Assembly (NCBI GenBank): GCA_963748015.1 | Contig: CAVVHE010000004.1 | Coordinates: 512,001-576,000 of the forward strand | Length of the DNA stretch: 64,000 bases | Direction of reading: 5' to 3' | Origin: Terriglobia bacterium | GTDB taxonomy: Bacteria; Acidobacteriota; Polarisedimenticolia; Polarisedimenticolales; JAIQFR01 | In this document: positions 56,372 to 64,000 of the stretch, piece after piece | How the letters are laid out: every line of letters begins with the position of its first letter | Numbering within the stretch: position 1 is the first letter of the stretch | Notes under the pieces: generated by a model | Seen by the model: the letters and a program-made list of their open reading frames with translations, nothing else | Told to the model about the DNA's origin: nothing | Database searches by the model: none | Program-made: the position numbers and the translations under genes

Positions 56372-57367
56372 ATGAGCCCCGAAGATCCCTCCGGGCCCGA
56401 GCCCGACCTCCTCGCCGATCCCCTCGACGAGGAACAGGCTCGGGAGGGCGGCGACACGACCCCCACCGGGCAGGTCACCGGAGCGCTCGTTCCGGCCGGA
56501 GGCCGATCGCTCGCGATCGCGGATCCCCTCAGGCGGTACGTCGCCGAGATCCGCCGCTACCCGCCGCTCTCGCGCGAGGAGGAGCAGCGCCTCGCGAGGC
56601 TCTACCGCGAGACCGGGGACCGGGACGCGCTCCTTCGCCTCGCGACGTCCAACCTGATGCTCGTCGTGCGGATGGCGTTGTCGTTCCGGCGCGCGATCCG
56701 CAACGTGCTGGACCTCGTGCAGGAGGGAAACGTCGGCCTGATGCAGGCGATCGAGCGGTTCGATCCGGAGATGGAGATCCGGTTGCCGACCTACGCGACC
56801 TGGTGGATACGCGCCTACATCGTGAAGTACCTGCTGGACAACGTCCGGCAGGTCCGGGTCGGGACCACCAACGCCCGCCGTAAGCTGCTCCACAACCTCG
56901 CCCAGGAGAAGCGCCGCCTGGAGGAGCAGGGCTACGAGGTGGGTCCCAAGCTGCTCGCGGACCGGTTCGGTGTCTCGGAGGAGGACGTCCGCGACGTCGA
57001 GCAGGCCCTGTCCTCGAGGGACGTGCATCTCGACGCACCGATAGGCGGGGAGGGAGACCAGACCCACGGCGACGTGATGGCCTCCGAGGGGCCCTCGGTC
57101 GAGGAGGAGGTGGCCCGACGGGAGCTCCAGCAGAAGGTCCGGGCCGCGATCGACCTCTTCCGGGCGGATCTCTCGGAACGGGACCGAATGATTCTCGACC
57201 TGCGGATCCTCAGCGACGACCCCCTGACGCTCCAGGCCCTCGGCGATCGCTTCGGCACCACGCGGGAGGCGGTCCGCCAGGCGGAGGCCAAGCTGATGGC
57301 CCGCCTCAAGGAGCGCCTCACCGCCGAGCTCGGCGACCTGGGGTCCTTCCGCATCGGACCGGCCTGA
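56372..57367 (+). CDS. sigma-70 family factor, RpoH-like
   Basis: DLVQEGNVGLMQAIERFDP, TYATWWIRA, RpoH-box-like RRKLLHNL, TREAVRQAE. Confidence 0.88.
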   Translation: MSPEDPSGPEPDLLADPLDEEQAREGGDTTPTGQVTGALVPAGGRSLAIADPLRRYVAEIRRYPPLSREEEQRLARLYRETGDRDALLRLATSNLMLVVRMALSFRRAIRNVLDLVQEGNVGLMQAIERFDPEMEIRLPTYATWWIRAYIVKYLLDNVRQVRVGTTNARRKLLHNLAQEKRRLEEQGYEVGPKLLADRFGVSEEDVRDVEQALSSRDVHLDAPIGGEGDQTHGDVMASEGPSVEEEVARRELQQKVRAAIDLFRADLSERDRMILDLRILSDDPLTLQALGDRFGTTREAVRQAEAKLMARLKERLTAELGDLGSFRIGPA

Positions 57368-57433
57368 GCCCCGACGGCACGCTCCGGCGCCTCCGGAGAC
57401 GGATTCTGCCCCAATTTCCGCTAATCCCTTGTT

Positions 57434-57449
57434 TGGTCCACATCTTGCA
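57434..57449 (+). promoter_or_regulatory. putative sigma54 (-24/-12) promoter
   Basis: TGGTCCACATCTTGCA = GG-N10-GC ending in TTGCA, in an AT-rich island. Confidence 0.55.
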
Positions 57450-57529
57450 ATTAATATTCACCCTAGCCGGGCGGAGTCACCGCCGTGGATCGGGTGGATC
57501 GCTCCGGACGCCGGGCCCAAGAGGTGGAG

Positions 57530-57640
57530 ATGCAGTGGATCTTGTTGATCGGGGCCGTTTTGCTGAGCTTGGGCTTGGCCGTGGGCACCGCGTCGATCGC
57601 GTTCACTCTCTTCTTTCGAATCCTGCAAAAATTACGCTGA
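57530..57640 (+). CDS. 36-aa single-TM small protein (absent from ORF track)
   Basis: GAGGTGGAG RBS; MQWILLIGAVLLSLGLAVGTASIAFTLFFRILQKLR*. Confidence 0.6.
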   Translation: MQWILLIGAVLLSLGLAVGTASIAFTLFFRILQKLR

Positions 57641-57732
57641 CCCGATCCTTTTGACGTGACCCCGCCGGCTCCCGGGTGCTATACCAGCACTCGGACGCCC
57701 CGGGGATCCTCACCCGGGGGCCGCGGGGACCC

Positions 57733-59121
57733 ATGGGCGATCACATGCTGGTGGTGGACGACGAGTTCGGCTCCCGGGACGGGCTGCGCAAGTTGCTCGA
57801 GGCCCTGGGGCATCGGGTGGAGACCGCCTCCTCGGCGGAGGAAGCGCTCGAGAAGGTCGAGCACAATCCGCCGTCCGCGATCTTCACGGACCTCGTGATG
57901 CCCGGGCTCGACGGGCTCGAGTTCATCAGGCGGCTCCAGAAGACCAACGACATCCCGGTCGTCCTATTCTCCGCTCAGGGGACGGAGGAGCAGGCGGTCG
58001 AGGCGATGCGCCTCGGCGCGCAGGACTTCCTCGAGAAGCCCGTAGAGCCGCTCAAGCTCAAGATCCTCCTCACGCGTCTCGGCCGTGCCCGCGAGCTCGA
58101 GGCGGAGAAGCGCCGCCTGAAGGCCGAGCTCAGGGAGCGCGGCGCGTTCGAACGGCTGCGGGGCGAGTCCGAGAAGATGCGGGCGGTCTTCCGGCAGATC
58201 GAGCAGGTCGCCCCGAGCACGCTGTCGGTCCTCATCGTCGGCGAGAGCGGGACCGGCAAGGAACTGGTCGCGCAGACGCTGCACGAGCTCTCGGGACGGA
58301 GAAAGTTCGAGTTCGTGGCGCTCAACTGCGCGGCGATCCCGGCGACGCTCCTCGAGAGCGAGATCTTCGGCCACGAGCGGGGCTCGTTCACGGGCGCGCT
58401 GCAGAGGAAGATCGGCTGCTTCGAGATGGCGCATCGCGGAACGCTCTTCCTGGACGAGATCGCCGAGATGGACGAGAACCTGCAGGCGAAGCTCCTGCGG
58501 GTGCTCCAGGAGCAGCGGTTCCGCCGTGTCGGCGGGCGCGAGGTGATCGAGGCCGACGTGAGGGTGCTCGCGGCCACCAACCGCGATCCGATGAAGGCGA
58601 TGGCCGACGGCAAGCTCCGAGAGGACCTCTACTACCGGCTCAACGTGTTCACGATCGCGCTGCCGGCCCTGCGGGAGCACCCCGAGGACATCCGTCCCCT
58701 CTGCCGCCACTTCGCGGAGCAATACGCCGCGCGGGCCGGCTCGACCGTTCCGGTCATTCACCAGTCGGCCATGGAGGCGCTCCTGGCTCACCCCTGGCCG
58801 GGAAACGTCCGCGAGCTGAAGAACTCGATCGAGCGCGCCGCGCTGCTATCGGGCGGCGGGACGATCCTGCCGGAGCACCTGCCTCCCGAGGTGCTGACCT
58901 CCCGCGCGGTCGCGGCGTCGCCCGCGGCCAGCGCGCAGGGGCGGGGCACCCCCGGCGCCCCGGGGGTCACCCTCGCCATCGGCACGACGATGGAGGACGC
59001 GGAGCGCGAGATGATCCGCTCGACGCTGGCCCATACCGGCGGGAACAAGACGCAAGCCGCTCGCATTCTCCGCATTTCGCTCAAGACGATGCACAACAAG
59101 GTGAAAAGATTCCGTCTGTGA
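57733..59121 (+). CDS. sigma54-dependent response regulator (NtrC/AtoC family)
   Basis: Receiver domain (VVDD, DLVMPG), GESGTGKE, GSFTGA, LFLDEI, WPGNVREL, Fis-type HTH. Confidence 0.95.
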   Translation: MGDHMLVVDDEFGSRDGLRKLLEALGHRVETASSAEEALEKVEHNPPSAIFTDLVMPGLDGLEFIRRLQKTNDIPVVLFSAQGTEEQAVEAMRLGAQDFLEKPVEPLKLKILLTRLGRARELEAEKRRLKAELRERGAFERLRGESEKMRAVFRQIEQVAPSTLSVLIVGESGTGKELVAQTLHELSGRRKFEFVALNCAAIPATLLESEIFGHERGSFTGALQRKIGCFEMAHRGTLFLDEIAEMDENLQAKLLRVLQEQRFRRVGGREVIEADVRVLAATNRDPMKAMADGKLREDLYYRLNVFTIALPALREHPEDIRPLCRHFAEQYAARAGSTVPVIHQSAMEALLAHPWPGNVRELKNSIERAALLSGGGTILPEHLPPEVLTSRAVAASPAASAQGRGTPGAPGVTLAIGTTMEDAEREMIRSTLAHTGGNKTQAARILRISLKTMHNKVKRFRL

Positions 59122-61007
59122 GAAGCCTTCTTCCCTTCCGCATTTTCGTGGTGCAGCTGCTCTTCACCGTCGTCGCGGCCGCGGCCGCGGTGGCGCTCGT
59201 CCGCCAGGCCTTCGAACGCTACGCGGAGGCGTGGCGCCAGGAGATCGCCGCGATCCCGGTCCAGCTGCCGCTTCAGCCGCTCGTGAACGAGGTGGCCGCG
59301 GCGTACCTGACGCGCCTCGAGGACGTCGTTCCGGAGCGCCGCGAGGCGGCGAGGGAGCGGATTTCGGAGGGGCTGGCGAGCCTGCTGATGGCCGTCCCCG
59401 CCATTTCGAGCCTCGTGGTCGTGGACACGGACCTCAGGATCCAGTTCGCTTCGGACAAGGACCTGCTGGATCTGGCCTACAAGGATCCCGAGTACCGGGC
59501 GCTCCTGTCGTCGGACGTCGAGTCCCGCCGGCCGGTCGCTTCGCGCGAAGGCGACCTGTCCGAGGTGTTCTGGCCGATCTTCGCGCGGGAGAAGGGAGGC
59601 GGCGGCCCGGGGGAGCGCAGGCGGCTCGGCGGAGTCCTCGCCAGGTACCACGCCAGCGCGACCCGTCTCGAGAACTACCCCACGCAGGTTCCCGTCGTCC
59701 CCGTTTCCTGGGAGGCTGTGACGCGCGCGCTGACGCCGTTCCTCGTCTCGGCGGTCATGGCGAGCGTGCTCGTCTCCGCGTGGACCGTGATTCCCGTTCG
59801 GCGTCTCGTGCGCGCCGTCGAGGAGTACAAGGCCCGCGGATTCCGGGGCGAGATCGATCCGGAGAGCCTCGGGCTACAGGGCGACCTGGCGTCGGCGGCG
59901 CGGGCCATCAGCGAGATGGCCGGGCGTCTCGACCGGCTCGACGCGCGAAGCCGCGAGCGCGAGGCGCTCCTCGAAACGCTGACCCAATCGCTCGAGGAGG
60001 GGATGGTGGCGCTGGGCCCGGACGGCGTCCCGGTCGCATGGAACGCCGCCGCCGCGCGGGTGCTCGTGCCGTCGGGGTCCCGGGACCCGGACGGGCTCCG
60101 CGACGCGATCCGCCAGCGGCTGGCCGAGATCGGTGGGGGCGAAGCCGTGAGCGCGGCCGTGCCGATCGAGGTCGACCTCGGGAACGGCGTCGGCGGCGCG
60201 ACGAGGTGCCGGATCACCTCGATGCCCCTCGGCGAGAAGCCCGGCCAAGGCGGGATGCTGGTGCTGCTCCGCGACCTCACGATGCTGCGAAAGGTCGAGG
60301 CGCACCTGGTCGAGGCGGGACGCTTCGCCACCCTGGCGCACCTCGCCGGAGCGCTCGCCCACGAGATACGCAATCCGCTGAACTCCATCGGCCTCAACGC
60401 CGCCGCGGTGAAGGAGAACCTGGGCTCGGGGCCGGGGGAGCCGCGCGTGAAAGCGATGCGCGAGTGCGTCGGCACGATCCAGGAGGAGACCAGGCGGCTC
60501 ACCGACCTGCTGAACAACTACCTCGGCCTGCTCCGCTCGAGCCCGGTCGAGGACGCGGTGGATCTGGCCGGCGTGTGCCGCCGCGTGAGCCAGCTCCTGC
60601 GCTACACGGCGCTCAAGGCCCAGGTGGACATCGTCATCGAGACGGACGACCGCCTGCCCACGGTTCGGGGCGTTCCCGACCGGCTGCAGCAGGCGGTGCT
60701 GAACCTCGCGCTGAACGGGATCCAGGCCACGCCGCGGGGAGGGCGGGTCACGATGTCCGCGCGCGGCGAGAGAGGACGGGTCCTGCTCACCGTTTCCGAC
60801 ACGGGGCGCGGGGTCCCGCCCGAGCTGATCCCCGGCCTTTTCGAGGCCAAGGTGACCACGAAGCCCGGCGGTACCGGTCTGGGGCTGCCGCTCGTCAGGA
60901 TCATCGCCGAGGCGCACGGCGGGCAGGTCAGCTACGCGCCCACGCCGGGGGGAGGGGCCGCGTTCACGCTCGTCCTCCCTCTCCGCGAGGCGGCCGTCAT
61001 CGCCTGA
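59118..61007 (+). CDS. membrane sensor histidine kinase
   Basis: Two TMs, HAMP/PAS-like region, AHEIRNPL, NLALNG, DTGRG, GTGLGL. Confidence 0.93.
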   Translation: MRSLLPFRIFVVQLLFTVVAAAAAVALVRQAFERYAEAWRQEIAAIPVQLPLQPLVNEVAAAYLTRLEDVVPERREAARERISEGLASLLMAVPAISSLVVVDTDLRIQFASDKDLLDLAYKDPEYRALLSSDVESRRPVASREGDLSEVFWPIFAREKGGGGPGERRRLGGVLARYHASATRLENYPTQVPVVPVSWEAVTRALTPFLVSAVMASVLVSAWTVIPVRRLVRAVEEYKARGFRGEIDPESLGLQGDLASAARAISEMAGRLDRLDARSREREALLETLTQSLEEGMVALGPDGVPVAWNAAAARVLVPSGSRDPDGLRDAIRQRLAEIGGGEAVSAAVPIEVDLGNGVGGATRCRITSMPLGEKPGQGGMLVLLRDLTMLRKVEAHLVEAGRFATLAHLAGALAHEIRNPLNSIGLNAAAVKENLGSGPGEPRVKAMRECVGTIQEETRRLTDLLNNYLGLLRSSPVEDAVDLAGVCRRVSQLLRYTALKAQVDIVIETDDRLPTVRGVPDRLQQAVLNLALNGIQATPRGGRVTMSARGERGRVLLTVSDTGRGVPPELIPGLFEAKVTTKPGGTGLGLPLVRIIAEAHGGQVSYAPTPGGGAAFTLVLPLREAAVIA

Positions 61008-61024
61008 CGAGGCGCTTTGCGCCG

Positions 61025-62734
61025 CTACTGCAGGCTCTCCGCCGTCGCCGGCTTCTCGATCGCTTCTCGCGCCAGGCGGTGGGCGTCCTTCTGGTCGGGC
61101 AGCTCGAGGACCTTGCGGTACTCGCCGAGCGCGTCTTCCCGCCGAGACTGGACGTCGAAGAGCCGGCCGAGCTGGTAGTGGCCGAAGATCAGGTACATGG
61201 CGTCCTTCGGGCCCGCGGCGAGCGAGATCACGCGCTTGAGGTGTTCCTCGGCGGCGGGGTAGGCCCGGGTCCTCATCTCGGCCGACGCGAGATTGAACAG
61301 GACCTGCAGGTCGTTCGGGCGTAACGCGAGGGCGCGCTTCATGGCGGCCACGACACCCGCGTAGTCGCCGGCCGTCAGTCGCTCCTGGGCCTCGGACTGG
61401 ATCTTCAGGAACGCCACGTCGTCGCCCCGGGCGGCGGCGCGCCGCCGGACCCATTCCTTGAAGGTCGTCTCCACCGCGTCCTTGGGCTTGCCGAGGGCGA
61501 GAGCGAGGGCGGACACGTTTCCCTCGCGAAGGCCGTAGGCCTTCTTCAAGGCGGCGGCTCCGCCAGTCTCGCGGATCCAGGTCACGAGGAGGCCCGCCGC
61601 GGGGTAGCGCAGCGTGTCCTGCATGCCCCTCGCTTTCTCCTCGTCGAGAAGATCGTCCATCGCCGGGAAACTCCCGCTCGCGAGCATCGTCGCGGCGTGA
61701 ACGTCGAGATCGAAGCCTCGGTAAGATCTCTCCTCCGCGAGGGCGAGGCCTTCGTACATCGTGGTGAGGCGACACGGGCCGAGCGCGAAGCGGGCGATGA
61801 TGTGGATCTCCTCGTGCGGTGACGGCGTCCTGGCCGCCCTTCGGGTCATGTGGAGCTCCTGAGCGGCGGGGATCGAGTGCGCGGCATCGGCGAGTCCGGT
61901 CCGCTTCTCCTTGGTCTGCTCGTCGTCGTAGAGGCGAAGCACGATCCGGAATCCCTCGGGAGGCTGCCCGACCGCCGCCGCCGCCAGGGCGAACGCGGAC
62001 TCCCGCGCCTTCTTGATGCTCTCGAGCTCCGACTCGTTCACCCGGGCGGGGTTGTACTCGATCTCGTAGTGCTCCGTGGTGGTGGTGATCTCGCCGGCCG
62101 CCAGGCGCCTCAGGTCGCGGGAGTGGTCCTTCTCGGCCTCCTCTTCCCGCTTCGGCGGCCACGTGGTCTCCTTTTGCAGCATGCCCTGCCGGACGATCCG
62201 GAAATCGCTGTACATCGCCCAGTCGGAGCCCACGGCCGGCAGAACGACCATGCGGTCCCGCTCCGGGTCGATGCGCGACCAGAAGACGAGCACCCTCTTG
62301 GGGTCGAAGGGAGAAGGGGCGAAGAACACCAGATCGAGCGACGGGTCGCTCTCCCGGGCGCCCAGGAACTCGACACCTTCGGAAGAGTGCTTGAACGGGG
62401 AGGGGACGTCGGCCGTCCCGATGGCGCGATTGCCCCAGCCGAGAACCAAGAGGTGCTTGTGCCGCTGCTCGGGCCCGAGCGCGTCGTCGGCGACGACGCT
62501 CGTCTTGACCCCGTGGGCCGTGGAGAGGAACGCGGCGCGCGCTTCGGCGGACCGGCGGTTCTCCGCGGCGTCCTCGCCGGGCCCGGCGGGGTACACGACG
62601 ACCACCTCGTCCAGCCTGAACAGGAAGAGCTCGCCGATGTAGGAATCGCCGGGGATGGGCGGAGGCGCCTGCGCGAGGGCCCCGATCGCGGAGAGAAGGA
62701 CGAGCAACGCTAGGACCAGGACGAATCGATTCAT
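61025..62734 (-). CDS. secreted protein with HExxH metallopeptidase-like motif and C-terminal TPRs
   Basis: Signal peptide; PHEEIH followed by YEGLA; TPR helices (VLFNLAS, HYQLGRLF). Confidence 0.7.
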   Translation of the reverse strand: MNRFVLVLALLVLLSAIGALAQAPPPIPGDSYIGELFLFRLDEVVVVYPAGPGEDAAENRRSAEARAAFLSTAHGVKTSVVADDALGPEQRHKHLLVLGWGNRAIGTADVPSPFKHSSEGVEFLGARESDPSLDLVFFAPSPFDPKRVLVFWSRIDPERDRMVVLPAVGSDWAMYSDFRIVRQGMLQKETTWPPKREEEAEKDHSRDLRRLAAGEITTTTEHYEIEYNPARVNESELESIKKARESAFALAAAAVGQPPEGFRIVLRLYDDEQTKEKRTGLADAAHSIPAAQELHMTRRAARTPSPHEEIHIIARFALGPCRLTTMYEGLALAEERSYRGFDLDVHAATMLASGSFPAMDDLLDEEKARGMQDTLRYPAAGLLVTWIRETGGAAALKKAYGLREGNVSALALALGKPKDAVETTFKEWVRRRAAARGDDVAFLKIQSEAQERLTAGDYAGVVAAMKRALALRPNDLQVLFNLASAEMRTRAYPAAEEHLKRVISLAAGPKDAMYLIFGHYQLGRLFDVQSRREDALGEYRKVLELPDQKDAHRLAREAIEKPATAESLQ

Positions 62735-62867
62735 GGCGCGCCTCCGGAGTCCACCATGATAGAGGCGCTTCGCGCACGGTGTCGAGGAAGGTCGGGCGTT
62801 GCCACGACGAACTCCTGCAAATAGAATCGCTCGCCGAACCCCTGGCGACCCTCCGAGGATCCCTGCC

Positions 62868-63818
62868 GTGGAGCCTGCCTGCGCCGTCCGCCCCGCCGTT
62901 CGCGCGAGATCGCTCGTCAAGCGGTTCGGGCCGCTCCTCGCGGTGGACGGAGTCGACCTCGACGTGGCGCCCGGGGAGTGCGTGGCGCTTCTCGGTCCGG
63001 GGGGCGCCGGGAAGACGACCACCCTGCGGATGCTGTACGGGCGAACGCCCGCCACCTCCGGCGAGCTCGAGGTCCTCGGCCTTCCCGTCCCCCGCGGCCT
63101 CAGGAGCATCAAGCGGCGCATCGGGGTGCTGCCGCAGCACGACGACCTCGACGACGCGTTCTCCGTTCTCCGGAACCTGACCCTGCACGGGAGCTGCTTC
63201 GGCCTCGGCGCGAGGGAATGCCGCCGCCGGGCGGCGGAGCTGCTCGGGTTCCTTCAGCTGGAGGATCGACGGGGAGCGCGCCTGCGGGATCTGCCGCCCG
63301 GGGTGAGGCGGCGGCTGATGATCGCGAGGGCGCTGGTTCACGCGCCGGCGCTCCTGCTCCTCGACGAGCCCACCGCGGGGCTTGCTCTCGATGCGCGACT
63401 GGCGGTCTGGGATCGCCTTCGGGCGCTGGGCCGGTCGGGGACCACGGTCCTGTTCGCGACACGCCACGCCCGGGAAGCCGAGCGGCTGGCGAGCCGGGTC
63501 GTGCTGATCGACCACGGGAAGATCCTGGATTCCGGGCCTCCGGACGAGCTGGTGGCGCGCCACGCGGCCGGGCGGGTGGGGGAGCTGGCGGGGTATCCCG
63601 CGGACGCTCTCGCGGCCGTGGATGAATCGGGGCTGCGCCGCGAGTCGGCCGGCGAGAAGCTGCTGGTGCGTTCCCCGGACGAACGGGGGGAGCTTCTGCT
63701 CATGGACCTTGGCGCGCGGTTTCCTGCGGCCCGGGTGACGGTCCGGCCGGGAACGCTCGATGACGTGTTCCTGAAGCTAGCGGGCCGCCCGCTTCCGGAC
63801 GGACCCGATGCCGATTGA
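62868..63818 (+). CDS. ABC exporter ATP-binding protein (NodI/DrrA-like)
   Basis: GPGGAGKTT, LLLDEPTAGL, TLDDVFLKL; promoter TTGCCA-N17-TAGAAT at 62799-62827. Confidence 0.85.
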   Translation: MEPACAVRPAVRARSLVKRFGPLLAVDGVDLDVAPGECVALLGPGGAGKTTTLRMLYGRTPATSGELEVLGLPVPRGLRSIKRRIGVLPQHDDLDDAFSVLRNLTLHGSCFGLGARECRRRAAELLGFLQLEDRRGARLRDLPPGVRRRLMIARALVHAPALLLLDEPTAGLALDARLAVWDRLRALGRSGTTVLFATRHAREAERLASRVVLIDHGKILDSGPPDELVARHAAGRVGELAGYPADALAAVDESGLRRESAGEKLLVRSPDERGELLLMDLGARFPAARVTVRPGTLDDVFLKLAGRPLPDGPDAD

Positions 63819-64000
63819 CCTCCGTCCTCTCGGTCAGATCTCGTGGAGGGCGACCCACGTCTGGCGGCGCAACCTGTTGCGGTGCGTGGCGACGTGGCGG
63901 ACAAGCCTGCTCCCACCGCTGGTGGAGCCGGTGCTCTACCTGCTGGCCTTCGGCGTCGTACTGGGCCCCGTGGTGGGAAGCGTGACGGATGACGGTGCGC
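63808..64000 (+). CDS. ABC-2 permease (NodJ-like), truncated by window end
   Basis: VWRRN...LVEPVLYLLAFGVVLG; overlaps the ATPase stop. Confidence 0.75.
   Translation, partial: MPIDLRPLGQISWRATHVWRRNLLRCVATWRTSLLPPLVEPVLYLLAFGVVLGPVVGSVTDDGA

Noticed and set aside
58378..58401. GSFTGA instead of GAFTGA in the sigma54 activator
   Set aside because: A common functional variant of the motif
59874..63563. Very long alternative-frame or antisense ORFs (e.g. 1229 aa here; also 8864-11227, 8977-11367, 39623-41833)
   Set aside because: Arg/Pro/Gly-rich shadows of real genes, expected at high GC where stop codons are rare; no family motifs

Overview
Very GC-rich (roughly 70% by eye) core-chromosome segment of a diderm bacterium, possibly Acidobacteriota (weak inference from the L14/LexA sequences and gene content). 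It contains: the end of the S10-spc-alpha ribosomal cluster (rpmC to rplQ, with secY, adk, map, infA, rpoA); a carB broken by clustered indels; an LPS heptose/lipid A operon (waaA-lpxK-lpxL-gmhB-rfaE1-rfaE2); iscS; an HD-GYP sensor; a HEAT-repeat protein; a LexA-like repressor; tRNA-Phe; recA, mltD, comM, an rsbW/rsbV-like pair, mutS, lolA, a polyprenyl synthase and smc; divergent pyrKDF and pyrRBC operons with a PyrR site; purC, nagZ, an M23 peptidase, an RpoH-like sigma factor, an NtrC/histidine kinase pair and a NodIJ-like ABC exporter. No transposase, phage, CRISPR or defence gene was seen. The most striking unexplained signal is non-coding: three intergenic ~155-160 bp elements fold into the same three-way junction with near-invariant junction strands (GGG-CRCGCTC / TCGCTCCG / AGGR-CCC), while their stems differ in sequence yet stay paired. 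Also notable are a CTAG-flanked MITE-like insertion in the leader of a LexA homologue that lacks its catalytic lysine, and a 36-aa membrane peptide behind a sigma54-like promoter next to a sigma54 activator. Frameshifts in essential genes (rpmC, rplE, carB) indicate uncorrected sequencing errors.
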